A stretch of 64,000 nucleotides of DNA, taken from assembly GCF_030028105.1 (NCBI RefSeq), contig NC_092389.1:17843180-17907179 (forward strand), written 5' to 3'. How positions within the stretch are numbered: position 1 is the stretch's first letter; the number at the start of each line of letters is the position of its first letter. The notes below the pieces were generated by a model, which made no database searches, had not been told where the DNA came from, and saw only the letters and a program-made list of their open reading frames with translations. Source of the stretch: Mobula birostris (lineage: Eukaryota). This document shows positions 1 to 14,289 of the stretch, piece by piece. The translations under genes and the position numbers were made by a program.

Positions 1-661
1 AGATATGTAAAGAAGATTTTGACCAGGCAGGTCAGAAGTGTGCGCTAATCCAATTATCTCCATATTAGAATAATGCTATTGTAAGGAGGTGAGGAGAACA
101 GATGGATCAAGGCAGGGTCAAATAACAGAGAGTCATAGATCAAATTGGATGATTTGTTTTGAGTGTAGTGGCTCTTCATTGTTCTGGTGTGATCAGGACA
201 TTCATTTGTATTCTTGCTTCAATGGTCATGTTGAGAGTTGACTTTTTAATATGTCAACACTAATAAATCTTTCATTTGAAGTTCTTTTGAAGAAGATCAC
301 TGAATGGGGATAATGATTATAGAATCTCCACATTTTCAAATGCCAATGCGCAACTTCAATTTGCATAACTTGTTCAATCCTACTTTTAAAAAATGCACAC
401 ACACACACACGGGCATCAAAAGAAAGTTTTACTTTTAATTGATAAGATCAATAATAGATAATGAGCTTCTTTTATAAATTATATTCTTTGTGTATTTTAA
501 GACTGCGAGTAGCATTTTGTGCAATGCCATTATCCAATGTTCATTTTAGCTATTAATAATTTAAAAATCTTTATCAAGAAAGACAGAATGAATATGCTGA
601 AATGTTTTGCAGAAAATTAATCACATCATTAGCTCTGTGGTCAATTGACAGAAATTCTTAC

Positions 662-749
662 CTTACAGTCTGTAATATCATTTTTCCCAGGAAAATAATT
701 GGCAGTGCCAGGGTGACATGGCCTAGGACTTGACACTCCCCCTGGGCAG
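662..749 (-). CDS. Coding exon 3 of a secreted Cys-rich GCC2/GCC3 (ephrin-receptor-like) repeat protein: (S)CPGGVSSPRPCHPGTANYFPGKNDITDCK; gene continues left of the window
   Basis: Acceptor cttttcttttccatgttag and donor AAG|gtaaga. 88 bp = 1+29 codons; the first base completes the TC|C Ser codon from the 3287-3413 exon. Continues the CPxGxxCPxG..PxPCxPGT motif. Confidence 0.85.
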
Positions 750-2754
750 CTAACATGGAAAAGAAAAGTCATTAAAGTGCTCATTTTAAAAGAGATATCA
801 AAGGAGTAATTGATGGTGTGGAATCTGAACAGTTACATTAGAAAAACAGAAGGACAGGTTAAAACAAAAGGCAGTCTTGATTTCGTCTCGATGTACCAGG
901 TCAGACCATGTGATCATGCGAATAATCAAATCCCATGTGTTAAGACACACATGTACATTCCACAGGCTGACAGTCAAACTGGTTGCCTTCTCTGTGATCT
1001 TTAATCTTTCATGTGACCTATGCTGTTTAACCCCCGTGGAATACTCACAAAGTATTTTCTCTGAGCTAATTAGTTCAGTGGATGCTTCACTGTATGAATT
1101 AACCACCAGCAGAGGAAAGCTGATCACTGCTCCAATGGGTGTTTATAATTACGTTTATGTGGCAGCAAGAAAATATTAAAAATCAACTTCATTAAAACAA
1201 ATGGACGTTCCAGCCTTCTCATTGGCTGTAATGAACTCATTCATTTACATTTAATACCTTGTTGTTTCATGTACCCAGTCCCAGTGGACATAGAACCAAT
1301 CATGTTTACACCACAATCAGTTATTCCCTACTGCAGATTTTAGCAATATAAATATTCTCCCATGGATTATTATTCTGAAGAACAAAGCCTGAGAGGATTG
1401 TTCATTTTGTTCCTTAATTTTCTAGTTTAAACTCAATACACCGAACCTTAGAGAAACGCGAAAATCTCTGGAAACACGAACATCCAGCAGATAAAACTCA
1501 GTTCAGTGCCAGGGATGGAACTTGCCTTCTCTGTATTTGAATGAAAAGCATTTACAGTATTTTAAACTGCTTTGTGTTCATTCATTAATTGTAAATCTGC
1601 TCCTTGTGTGCTATCTCATTCACTTGAACTATCGATCCTCAAATTGATGAATTTCTGCACCTTATAACAACTTGAAATCAAAATTATAAAGATTTCATAG
1701 GCTTTTCCTGAAAATCCCAAGACTTACTTCTTCCTCTGTTTACATTTCATATAGTCAAACAAACCATGAGGATACTTGGCAGTATCACGTGTTGCTAAAA
1801 TTCTGCTTTAAAGGATTTACTCTTGAATGTAGGCAATGGTGAAAAATGCTGAGAATTAACAACATGGTTTGAATGTTAAACCTCTTGAAGAATCCAAGCA
1901 GGAAGCTTTAATACTATATTAAAATGTAACAACAAAATTGCCCAAATTTTGGTGTTCCTTTGCACATTTTGAATACTTGGCCCATATATGGCTCAGATCA
2001 CCTGTAATAATATTGACAATAATAGTTCAGTGCAAACTACTCATTCCAGGTTTATTTCTGTCATCCTTGGAGCTGCTCACTTAACAGCCTGCAGATCAGC
2101 TTTGTGCGGTTTGTGGTATTTTCTCTTCTGCTTCCATGGATAATGATTCTTTCATGATATTAGCTGATGGACATAGAATCCAGAGTAGGCCAGCATTCAG
2201 AATCTCTTTTCACCAGTTTGACCTGTCCCTTAAGTATCAAGTCTACTTAATAGCCCAGTGGAAGTGAGAATAATGAGAAGTATTTCAGTATGAAATGTCT
2301 TTCACTTAAAGTATTATTTTATTAGCTTTAAAATATCATCACTGTATGTTTTGTTTTGTGTTTCTCTTATCAATCTTCTCTCTTTGCTCAATGTTCCCAG
2401 GAATAATCTGTAACCAAACACACCCACACAATAAGAAAGAGAAATGAGAACAATGGATTGGTTTTGTTGTTGAAATGATGAGATGACAACACTTTATCCC
2501 TGGAGCACACAACATTGATTCAGTGTTTCATTAGCACATGGCTCTGTATTTAAACTGAACAGTGAGACTGAATACTCACATCACACAATGGCATGTATTT
2601 TAATGCTAATACTAAACCTGAGCAGAAAATGAACCCTGCATCTTTCAGTCATGGGCACAGGTATCACAAGATCAACTATTCATTCTAGGCCTCTCATGAA
2701 TTTCTTCTGCATTGAATTTAGTAGAAATTCAGGTCAGGAAATGAAGGCATGTGC

Positions 2755-3230
2755 ATCAAAGATTCACAAGGATGTTGTCAGAACTGAAGGATGTGAGTTA
2801 AGAGAGGAGAGAATGGATAGGCTGTGATCATTTTCCCTGAAACAAAGGAGGCTGAGGAGTGACTTTATAGAGGATAATAAAATCACGAGAGGCATAGAGA
2901 AGGTGAATGGTCACAGCTTTTTTTCGAGATTAGGGGAGTCTAAAGATAGAGGGAATAGTTTTAAGGTGCAAAGCGAAAGTTTTAAAGGGGACCTGAGAGG
3001 CAAATTTTTCACCTGGGGTGGTGTTTATATTGAAAAATCTGGCAGATAAAGTGGTAGGAGTGGGTGCAATTACAATGTTTAAAAGATATTTGGACAGGTT
3101 CATAGATAGGAAAAGTTCAGATAGTTATGGGCAGACTGCATAAAAATGTGTCTAGCTCAGAAAGGCACCTTGATTTGGCATGGATGTGAGGCTAAAGAGC
3201 CTCTCTGTGCTGTATAATTCTATGATTTTA
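2755..3230 (+). mobile_element. CR1 LINE 3' fragment, decayed
   Basis: RT C-terminal-like RRLRSDFIE segment and CR1-type 3' UTR ending ctgtgctgtataattctatgatt. Confidence 0.75.
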
Positions 3231-3286
3231 TAACTCCATGATCAGTGCATATTAACAAAGCATACATGATATGTTGGATTACTCAC

Positions 3287-3413
3287 GAGAAACCAGCTGG
3301 GCATTCAATACAGTTGCCGAGTGTGTAATAGTGTCCTTTTGCACATTTGATTACGGAATCTTCATCACACTTCATGTTGCAATCATTAGCAACAGAAACA
3401 TCTGCTAAGAATC
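3287..3413 (-). CDS. Coding exon 2 of the same gene: (G)FLADVSVANDCNMKCDEDSVIKCAKGHYYTLGNCIECPAGF(S)
   Basis: Acceptor gatttattctgcacag and donor TC|gtgagt. 127 bp, phase 1 in and phase 2 out, compatible with the flanking exons. Cys-rich. Confidence 0.85.
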
Positions 3414-3844
3414 CTGTGCAGAATAAATCACAGATTAATACTGGGAAGATCTCCATTCCCAGAGTAAAGTAGTAATATTTGACGTGCAAGAGGCCAAGCC
3501 GTCCTCAAGCATGGTCCGTCATTCATTTGTGTTTTATAGTATTACAAAGTCTTAGTGCCTCAGATACCACTGATTGTGACTTATCCATTCCAAACAGTCC
3601 ACCTTTCTTCACCATGGTAACATCTATTCTCCACCTTTCTTCCTTATGATCATATCTAACTTTCTCTTGAAAACATCAGTTCCATTCACAGCAACTCTTT
3701 ATTGTTCACGTTTCACATTATAACTACTCAAAATGCTTGAAACACCCAGCAGGTCAGGCAGCATATGTGAAAGGAGAAACATTTAAGTTCTGAGATTCTT
3801 CATTGAAATTTACTCTGTTTCTCTTTCTCTTCTCTCCCTCTACT

Positions 3845-6100
3845 ATTTGAGAGGGAGAAGGGAAGACCGGAAGTGTCAGTATTGCAGTTGAACAAAGGGA
3901 ACTATGGAGCAATGAGGGAGAAGCTGGCCAAAGTTGACTGGAAAGATAGCCTAGCAGGGATGACAGTGGAACAACAATGGCAGGTATTTCTGGGAATAAT
4001 ACAGAAGGTGCAGGATCAGTTCATTCCAAAGAGGAAGAAAGGTTCTAAGGGGAGTAAGGGGCAACCGTGGATGACAAGGGAAGTCGAGGACAGTATAAAA
4101 ATAAAAGAGAGGAAGTATAACATAGCAAGGATGAGTGGGAAGCCAGAGGATTGGGAGACTTTTAAGGAGCAACAGAAGATAACTAAAAAGGCAATACAGG
4201 GGGAAAAGATGAGGTACAAAGGTAAGCTAGCCAAGAATATAAAAGAGGATAGTAAAAGCTTCTTTAGGTATGTGAAGAGGAAAAAATTAGTTAAGACCAA
4301 AGTTGGGCCCTTGAAGACAGAAACGGGTGAAATTATTATTGGGAACAAGGAAATGGCAGACGAGTTGAACAGGTACATTGGATCTGTCTTCATTAGGGAA
4401 AACACAAACAATCTCCCAGATGTAATAGTGGCCAGAGGACCTAGGGTAACAGAGGAACTGAAGGAAATTCGCATTGGGCAGAAAATGGTGTTGGGTAAAC
4501 TGATGGGACTGAAGGGTGATAAATCCCCAGGGCCTGATGGTCTGCATCCCAGGGTTCTTAAGGAGGTGGCTCAAGAAATCGTGGATGCATTGGTAATCAT
4601 TTTCCAATGTTCTATAGATTCAGGATCAGTTCCTGTGGATTGGAGGGTAGCTAATGTAATCTCACTTTTTAAGAAAGGAGGGAGAGAGAAAACAGGCAAC
4701 TATAGACAAGTTTTCCCCATCAGTGGTGGGGAAAATGCTGGAATCAATTATAAAAGATGAAATAGCGGCATATTTGGATAGCAGTAGCAGGATGGGTTTG
4801 AGTCAGCATGGATTTACGAAGGGGAAATCATGCTTGACTAATCTTCTGGAAGTTTTTGAGAATGTAACTATGAAAGTGGACATGGGAAAGCCAGTGGATG
4901 TAGTGTACCTGGACTTTCAGAAAGCCTTTGATAAGGTCCCACATAGGGGGTTAGTGGGCAAAATTAGAGCAAATGGTATTGGGGGTAGGGTACTGACATG
5001 GATAGAAAATTGGTTGGCAGACAGGAAGCAAAGAGTAGGGATTAACGGGTCCTTTTCAGAATGGCAGGCAGTGACTAGTGGGGTACCGCAAGGCTTGGTG
5101 CTGGGACCGCAGCTATTTACAATATACATTAATGATTTAGATGAAGGGATTAAAAGTAACATTAGCAAATTTACAGATGACACAAAGCTGGGTGGCAGTG
5201 TGAAATGTGAGGAGGATGTTATGAGAATACAGGGTGACTTGGACAGGCTGGGTGAGTGGGCAGATGTAGTTTAATGTGGATAAATGTGAGGTTATCCACT
5301 TTGATGGCAAGAACAGGAAGGCAGATTACTATCTGAATGGTGTCAAGTTAGGAAAAGGGGAAGTACAACGAGATCTAGGTGTCCTTGTTCATCAGTCACT
5401 GAAAGTAAGCATGCAGGTACAGCAGGCAGTGAAGAAAGCTAATGGCATGTTGGCCTTCATAACAAGGGGAGTTGAGTATAGGAGCAAAGAGGTCCTTCTG
5501 CAGTTGTACGGGGCCCTGGTGAGACCACACCTGGAGTATTGTGTACAGTTTTGGTCTCCAAATTTGAGGAAGGACATTCTAGCTATTGAGGGAGTACAGC
5601 ATAGGTTCATGAGGTTTAATTCCCGGGATGGTGGGACTGTCATATGTTGAAAGATTGGAGCGACTGGGGTTGTATACACTGGAATTTAGAAGGATGAGAG
5701 GGGATCTGATTGAAATATATAAGATTATTAAGGGATTGGACATGCTAGAGGCAGGAAATGTGTTCCCGATGTTGGGGGAGTCCAGAACCAGAGGCCACAG
5801 TTTAAGAATAAGGGGTAGACCATTTAGAACGGAGTTGAGGAAAAACTTTTTCACACAGAAGGTTGTGGTTCTGTGGAATGCTCTGCCTCAGAAGGCAGTG
5901 GAGGCCAATTCTCTGGATTCTTTCAAGAAAGAGTTAGATAGAGCTCTTAAAGATAGCAGAGTCAAGGGATATGGGGAGAAGGCAGGAAAAGAGTACTGAT
6001 TGTGGATGATCAGCCATGATCACAGTGAATGGCGGTGCTGGCTCGAAGGGCTGAATGGCCTACTCGTGCACTTATTGTCTATTGTCTGTTGTCTATTGAC
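3845..6100 (+). mobile_element. Young 5'-truncated CR1 LINE; ORF2 reverse transcriptase broken by frameshifts
   Basis: ORFs 3873-4760, 4723-5274, 5276-5650 and 5628-5999 carry KSPGPDGLHPRVLKE, YLDFQKAFDKVPH, GVPQG, KFTDDTK and RPHLEYCVQFWSP; (CTATTGT)n-like tail at about 6072-6098. Confidence 0.95.
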
Positions 6101-6249
6101 AGTTGTTGCTTGACCTGTTGAGATTTTCATGCATTTCCAGTTCTAATAATGTTCTACCTTCAAAGATCTGTTCATGTTTCACCAAAGATGCAAAAGGAAT
6201 CAACCACCAGGTGACAGACACAATGTCCATCGAACTGGGGCAAAATACT

Positions 6250-7792
6250 GAGGTCAGGGACTTCAGAGGAGGAGGTGCTTGCTACCTTGAGGCAAAATAG
6301 GTGGATAAATGTCCTGAGCCTGACGAGATGTCCCTTGGACCTTCTGGGAGGCTAGTGCAGAAACTATAGGGGACCTGGCTGAAATATTTAAAAAATTCTT
6401 CGGCATGGGTGAGTTGCTGGAGGACTGGAGGATAGCAAATGTCCCGTTGTTCAAGAAATGCTTTAAGAATAAGCCAGGAAATTACAGGCTGGTGACTGAC
6501 ACTAGCCATGGGTAAATTTTAAGAAGGTATTCCAAGGGACAGGATATATAATTATTCGGATAGACAGGACCCAATTAGGGATAGGCAACATGTCTTTGTG
6601 TGTGGTAGGTCATGTCTAACAAATCTTATAGAATTTTTTGAGGAGGTTCTGAGGAAGGTTGATGAAGAAAAAGATGTTTTCTGCATGGAGTTTAACAAGC
6701 CTTTAACAAAGTCCCACATAGGAGCTGGTCCAGAAAGTTAAGTCCCTTGGCATTCAGAATGAAGTAGTCAACTGGAATTAGCATTGGCTTAATAGTAGTA
6801 GTAGATGGTTGTTTCTCTGACTGGAGGCTTGTGACTAGTGGTATTCCATAGTGATCAGTGTTGGATCCATCGTTGTTTTTGATCTACATTAAAGATTTTT
6901 ACGATAATGTGGTAAACTGGATCAGAAGACTGGGGACATAGTGAACAGTTAACAAGGGTATCAAAGTTTGCAGCATGACCTGGGCCAGCTGGGAAAATGG
7001 GCTGATAAATGGCAGATGGAATTTAATACAGACACGTGAGGATTTGTACTTTCGGAGGACAAACCACAGGAGGACTTGCACAACGATTGATAGAACACGG
7101 AGGTGTGCGGTGAAATAAAGGGATCTGAGACTACAGGTTCATAATTCCTTAAAATTGGTGTCACAGGAAGATAGGGTTGTAAAAAGAACTTCTAGCATAT
7201 TTGCCTTCAGAAATCAATGTAATGGTTACAGGAATTGGAATGTTATGTTGAAGTCATATAAGACATTGGTGATGCTGAATTTTGAATATTGTATGCAATT
7301 CTGGTCACCTACCTGCAGAAAAGATATCAATAAGCATGAAAGAGTGCAGAGAGATTTTATAAGGATGTTGCCAGGAGTTGAGTATCTGAGTTATAGTGAA
7401 AGGTCGAATAGGTTAGGACTTTATTTCCTGGAGTGTAGGAGAATAAGGGGAGATTTTATAGAGCTGGACAAAATTATGAGGGATATAGATAGAGTAAGTA
7501 CAAACAGGCTTTTTCCCCTGAGATTGGATGAGACTAGAACTGGTGATCACAGGTTTTGAGTGAAAGATGAAACATTTCAGGGGAACCTAAGGGGGACCTT
7601 CTTCACTCAGGGTGGTGCAAGTGTGGAACAAGGTGCCAGTGGAAGTGATGAATTTGGGTTCAATTGCAACTTAAGAGAAGTTTGGTTAGGTACATAGATG
7701 ACAGGGGTATGGTCCTAGTATGAGCAGAAAAACAGGTCAGCATGGACTAGATGGGCCAAAGGTCCTGCTTGTGTGCTCTAGTACCATATGAC
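6250..7792 (+). mobile_element. Older CR1 LINE RT region, degenerate
   Basis: Decayed RT motifs; ORF 7155-7559 contains LNFEYCMQFWSP and RRIRGDFIE; CR1-type 3' end. Confidence 0.9.
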
Positions 7793-7794
7793 TA

Positions 7795-8015
7795 AGAACT
7801 TTATCACCCAGAGGATAGTTAAAACCTAGAATGCACTGCATGAGAGGGTGGTGAAGGCAAGTGCTCTGGTAATATTTATGAAGAGGTACTTAGATGAGAT
7901 TTTGAAATGCTGTACCATAGAAGGCTATGACAAAGAGCAGGATAGAATAGATTTAGTAGAGACACAGTGGGCCGAAGGGCCCCTTTCTGTGCTATTTGGC
8001 TTTATGGCTTCATGA
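7795..8015 (+). mobile_element. Short CR1 3' end fragment
   Basis: tcacccagaggatagtt...gggccgaagggcccctttctgtgct terminal motif. Confidence 0.65.
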
Positions 8016-8203
8016 TTCTAGGCAGGTAAAATGAAAGAAAGATGCAATAATAATTTTGACATAGATTTGAGAATTGCCATAATTATTCACATTGACTTAG
8101 CAGGTGAATTGATTTAAACCAGCAAACGCCAAAGAAAGAACTTCAAAGCACTAAAACATGACAAAAAATGATCTAAAATAATAATATTCTGTATTGTACT
8201 TAC

Positions 8204-8243
8204 CAGAAATGAACAAAATATAAATACTTGCTGAGGCAAACAT
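8204..8243 (-). CDS. Probable first coding exon (signal peptide) MFASASIYILFIS(G)
   Basis: ATG at 8243, 13 codons + 1 nt, then a consensus donor G|gtaagt. Phase 1 matches exon 2 and gives the hydrophobic leader MFASASIYILFISGFLADVSVA. In-frame stop upstream. Confidence 0.6.
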
Positions 8244-11200
8244 ATTTCGATCAAAACTATGGAAGGTTCTGTCATATATAAATTATCACCATGCTGATGC
8301 CATTTCACATCTTGATCAATAGAACTGGTAAGGGCATAATGAATGTGTGTTGATTCCTCAAAGAGCCCACAGCTTTCAGCATGTTATATGAGCCCAATGT
8401 GTAACAAATACTGAAAGACATCAGACGTGTGTAATTGACACTTTGCTGTTTCTGAAAACCTGAAAGAGAAAGGCTTTCAAATGCACCAGATAAATCCACA
8501 GAATACGACAGTCTCTATTGCGTAGATGAAAATAAACAACAATCAGTAAATCAGTAAGGTTGGCAATAATTCAGCGTTAGGACAGAACTCTAATGATAAT
8601 CAGGATGTAAATTAGACCTCTGAAGAAGAAATATGGAAGGTGCAGAATACAGCAGCCGGAAAATAGTTTTATTTAGTTAGACCTAGACAGTAGCAATTTG
8701 AAAGTACTGCCTACATTGCAATCCATGCACATGTCAAATAAGCTGACCTTAAATATTAAAATTCCAGGCTAGTATTAACCTTGCTAACATTATTATATAT
8801 AGTTTCTATAATAACTATTGCTAACATGTAAGCTGTAAGCTAGTTAAGACCTTTGAGCCACATTTTAACCCATAGGCATTTAAATGATAATGAACATAAT
8901 TATGATCAGAAGCATTAATCAGAATATATTTTCTCACATACAATTTAATAATGGAAATGTGTTATCTGCAGAAAAGAAAACAGATCTTCAGATTAAAGTT
9001 AAATTCTCAACAGGCTTGCAGCTTTGTTTGTGAATAGGTCTAGTGGACAGACAAGGGGTGCTCCTTAAGACAAGATAAATGACAGAATTCTCAGCTCAGG
9101 GATAAATGGGACTGCTGAATGGAAACAGACTATTGCATTACAGAACCATTGTGCATTAGGACCACTCTAGCATGGCTAATTGAAAGAGGCACGTCCTTCA
9201 CTGAGGTAAATATATTGTGTACAATACATCTAGTGTACTTTCAGAATTATCCAATATACCCTTTGTCATGTTTCAAGAGACTTGGACTACACTGATAAAT
9301 TCCTGCTTCTTGTGTATCTGTTGTCTCCTTGAAATTCCCTCCTACATTTGCTTTTCAAGGCAAGCCAGACTCTTCAAGCAGAACAAAGTTTGGAATATTA
9401 CATTAAAATATTCTACCTTGTTTTTACAATTCGTTTGAGACTTATCTTTACCAGCATTTTCAGACTATCTGTAGGCATCTTATTTAGAAATATGTTTGAC
9501 TTCACTTTAGGAAAAATGATCTCAACAAGCTCTCAATCAAGGCAAACTAATGTCTGAGCTTTGTCTCATTTCCTTGGGGAATGAAGCTTTTACCTCTGTT
9601 CCACAGAGCGATTTGAATGTTTATTGTGTGACTCAAAGGTATCATGTTAGTACCATGGGGCCCCACATCAAATTATTGAGATCACTTCCCTCTGTTGTAG
9701 GAAAGAATAGTGAGGATTAATAACTATTAAATAGTGAGGCGGATTGTGCTAATGTGGAAACTGGGAACTGCAGACAAAGCCTAGAAGTGGAGACATGGAA
9801 TGCAGTAGTGACAGCACCCACATTTCAGGAACTTCTCTAATTATGTTATTGCGTGCCCCCAGTGGTATAGTAGAAAATTGGATTTACTGTCAGACCTATG
9901 GATAACCATTTTATTCTATTATCAAGACCTAGCCAGTTATTTAATTAACTTTTTTCTGGAACCACCATTCTGTTATCAAAATTTAGTTTTACTGGTAATC
10001 GTGTCAACTGAGAATGTAAAAGCTGTACCAAGATCATGCTTGGGTAGATCAGCTTTGACTGGTCTCCTGGCGCGCACCAGCTTCTTTTTAATAAATCACC
10101 CACTATTTCGAACACTAACTCCATGTGGCCTTTCAGTTTGCTCTTACACCCCTATGGATATTATTATACAAATACAAATACAATCTCATTCGGCCAGATC
10201 TAGAATATCCAGATATAGGCACTTTGTCAAAGGTTGTCCTGTTGCTGGCTTCTTGTTCAAAACACTCACTGTCATTTTTCAACTATCCCTTGAAGTTTGA
10301 GATGAATACAAAAATGCCTGTGACATTTTACAAGCACATCTCCTCTTCTGAACCCTTCAATACCACTTAAGCAGACACAACGAATTTTGCTGTTACGCGC
10401 ACCGGATTTTATTTATAGAACTAGTGGATAGCAAGTGATGAAATGTTGCCAAGCTCAAATTGATGAGCAAAGCTCATAATATTAATGTTATTTTCAGCAC
10501 TTAAGAAAGCAAGCTAGTTGAACTCTCCATGAACAAAGGTACTCCAGGCAGGATTCTTTCCAAGAACTTCTCCTGAACATTAACAATTGAAATTTGTCAA
10601 CAATCCTCTCTTTTCAATCCATTCAATTGATGACCACTTCTGTGGCTATTGTGTTATAAAGGAAAATGAATCAATTAGCCTCCATAATCATCAGCAGGGC
10701 ATTCTAGATCTGACAAAGACATCACGTCATTTTGAACATCCATTGGCATTCAATTGCTTTACAAGAAACATTTATGTCACTTGATAGGCTTGTTGCATGA
10801 TTGCATTCATTCCAATGGACAGCCACACATTATCCATACATATTATAAAGTGGATTTTGATTAATATGGGAGATTTGTGGTGCACTTGTGTTTTACACAT
10901 CTGTGGAATAGTTTTCCACATTTGTACTTCAGACTACATTGGCAGTTTGAGATTAATTTGCATATGATGCTCATCCAAATTAAAATGAATAGCTACCATA
11001 ATTTGCTTATGTCCAATAGAAAATCAAAGGCAAACACCACTAATTTCAGCATGAGCATTTCAGATAAGCAGAGGCTACTCCACTGTGCAAACAATATGCT
11101 TTGAAGCTTCAAAGAAAACTCCCCTGCTACCCTAACATGATTCTTCCTTTTCCAACTTCCATTACAGCCAGAAACTGCTAAGCGAACTGGAAAGTGTAGA

Positions 11201-11419
11201 TTTCCCTAGAGCTTGATCTGCATTAATAATCACTGATTGAAAGGAGGAGAAGAGAAGTAAGTTTACAGAAGTTAGTCTTCCACTTCTGAGCCACATCACT
11301 CCCTCTCACTTTAGTTAAGAGCTTGCCATGAGTAAGTAACACAACAAGACACATGACAAGCCTAACATGCCTCTGTATCATCCATCCAAATGTAAATCTT
11401 TATACGGATAAAAGATCTA

Positions 11420-11815
11420 TGAAGATTTTGTCAGGGTTAGTGGGCCTGAGTTATAGGGAGATGTTGGCCAGACTAGGACTTTACACCATTGAACATCGGA
11501 AATTGAAAGGCGACCTCATAGAAGGGACAGGGCAGGGGAGACAAAAACTTGGGGGCATAGATTTAATGTGAGAGGGGAAAGATATATATGAGACTTGAGG
11601 GGTAACAGTTTCATGCAGAGGATGGTAAATATGTGGAATGAGCTGCTAGAAAAAGTGGTTGAGTCAGATAAGATAGTATAAATTTAAAAATCACTTGGAT
11701 AGATACATTGAGAGGTGGGGATATGGGCCAAACGCAGGAAATTGGGACGAGTTGAGTGGGCCCCGTGGGCTTATTAGCATCCTTGCTGTGTTGTTCCATG
11801 ACTCTGTGACTCTAT
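11420..11815 (+). mobile_element. CR1 3' fragment
   Basis: GLSYREMLARLGLYTIEHRKLKGDLIE followed by 3' UTR. Confidence 0.75.
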
Positions 11816-12239
11816 TTTGCATCATGAATCCTTTATAGTTGGTGATGCAAAGCTACACACAGCAGCAGTGTCTAATGGCAAACGACTATCATCTGGTCAC
11901 TGACCTCAGTCATCACCTGCTGAACCTAACCTGCTCGTTTGTCAGATGCCCCTCTTCACCTTATGAAATGGGCAGAGAAACCAGCACTATAGAGTCGTGG
12001 AGAACATCCACTCATGATGCAGGCTAGATGGTAGTACAAACTGTGGATATGTTCCCTAAACGAATTTACTGACTGAGAATGGAAGTTGCACATTGGCAGC
12101 AAAGATGACTCAGAATCATAGAGAATTTACAACATATTTGTGCCAGTCAATAAAAGAGCCAAATCGCACCTTCCTACTCCAGGCCATGTTTGCACTTTTA
12201 TTGTGCTAGCTGGAGTTATGGAGGGCCCTGGAGAGTGTT

Positions 12240-13075
12240 GTAGAACTGTGAGAAATACAAGTACATAATTCCCTGAAAGTGGAGACAGAAGTAAGTAGGA
12301 TAGTAATGAATGTGTTTGGCTTGCTTGCTTTCATCAGTCAGGAAACTGGATACAGGAGATAGGAGCATCATGTTACAACTGTACAAGTTGTTTGTGAGAC
12401 CATATTTGGATATTGTGTGTAGTTTTGATAGGAACGATGTTATTAAGATAGAAAATGTGTAGGCAAGATTCATGGGGTGTTAATGGGACTAGACGGTTTG
12501 TGTTATAAGGAGAGGTTGGATAGGCTGAGACTTTTCCCCCGGAGAATATGAGGAAGTGGTATATAAAACCAGGAGGGGCCTAGATAAGGTTAATACTCAC
12601 AAACAAGAGAAAATCTGCAGATGCTCGAAACCCAAGCAACACACACAAAGTGCTGGAGGAACTTGGAGGAAGTGTAATGAAGGCCAGGCAACGTCTATGG
12701 AAAAGAGACAGTTGACGTTTCAGGCTGAGACCCTTCATTAGGACTGGAGAACAAAAGAAGAGGAGTCAGAGTGAGAAGGTGGAGGGGAGCGGAGGGAGAA
12801 ACACAACTGTCTTTTTCCCACGGCGGGGGGCATTGCTTTAAGGTGAGAGGGTGAAAACTTAAAAGGGACAAGGGGGTGGTGGGTTTACCAGAGATGATGG
12901 TAGGGAAAAGTACTCATAAAACATTTAAAAGATATTTGGATAAGTATATGGATAGGAGGAGTTTAGACAGGTATACAACAAATGTAGGCAAATGGGACTA
13001 GCTCTGGTTGACAGCTTGGTCTGCCTGGACAAGTTGGGCCAAAAGGCCGGTTTCCCTGCTGTGTAAGACTCTGAA
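12240..13075 (+). mobile_element. CR1 3' fragment interrupted by a Penelope terminal piece (about 12600-12800, minus strand)
   Basis: CR1 motif LYKLFVRPYLDIVCSF; the insert begins aaatctgcagatgct, like the other Penelope ends in this window. Confidence 0.7.
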
Positions 13076-14289
13076 TTTATGACTTATTAAGGCAACTTAG
13101 ACTGAAATAGATTTTTTTTCAGTAGATATCCAGGCCCACTGGCAACACTGGTGAAACCTTCAATATTTACAAATCTAGTTCAGGCCATGATGCAAAATTT
13201 TTCTTTAACGAAGTGCAGAACATGCTAAACATGATCCATTCAAATTTTCATAAATCACTGGAGGCTGTCACCTGAAGACAATGCTTCAACTTAGTCTCAA
13301 ATTCTCTGCTTACCCAAATCAGAGGCAATGTTGCAGGAAATGCTTCCCCTGACCCCACACCATTGGCCTCTATTCACTGTGCCTGCTGTGCACTCAAGGA
13401 CCACCCAAACTCAAGGAGCCACCTTTGGAGTTCAGCCAGTGTCGACGTCAATTCGGATGATGAACCAGTTTGCCTCGTCTATTCACTCATCTCAGGCTTG
13501 TGAGTGTGGTTATATCCCAGTTTGAGTGTGTCCTATTTTCGAGGCTATTAATTACTTTTAAAAATAGTTACAGAAGTGCAAGATTGAGTGTAAAAGGCAT
13601 TCAAGGCCAGGAATGTCTACATCTCCAAAAAATTCACAATTCAAAGACATAACTGCTAATTTCAATTAAATAATCCCAAACTGTCTTTAATTAAAATATA
13701 AAATATTTATTACATGAATGCAACAAGAATAATAAATCTCAAAATTCACTGTTAAGCCAAGTAACCTAATTAGGATGCAATCAACCATTTTAAACTAATA
13801 TTTATGATACCTAGCCTAGAGTAAATCTCGGTAAATTCATTAGATTTTTAACCGTGAATGCGGGCAAGTATAAAATCAACCTTAAGTAATCAAACACCAA
13901 CTGCTAATGCACTATGTATGACTTTCAATGATGTCACAGTTTAACTACGGGACTGTGAAAATCCAGTTAAATTTTAATGGAAAAACAATTCTCCAAAAAA
14001 CATGAGTTAAATAACTGAAAATACACATGATGGGTATTTGAAACTGAATCTAACTTAATCTGTAGGTAACTTCAGGACAGCAACTCAGTCATGAAGAGCA
14101 GATTTGCTCATTCATTGTCCGTGGTCCTGGTGCATTCTATTCTGAGCCCAATTATGGAAAGTGGATCCCTGGTAATTAGAGAGAGAAAAAAATAAGGAAT
14201 GTGCTCAAACCCTCCCTGAAATAAAGCAGCTTCCCTAATAATTCCTGGTCCATGACTACTCAAAGTGGAGCATGCGCATTCAGGATAGC

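Noticed and set aside
8244-8459. Strong acceptor at 8460 that could extend exon 1 as 5' UTR
   Set aside because: It would place several upstream ATGs in the UTR; cannot be supported without transcripts.
9878-10300. 140-aa ORF upstream of the Cys-rich gene
   Set aside because: Non-ATG start, no recognisable motif, no splice support.
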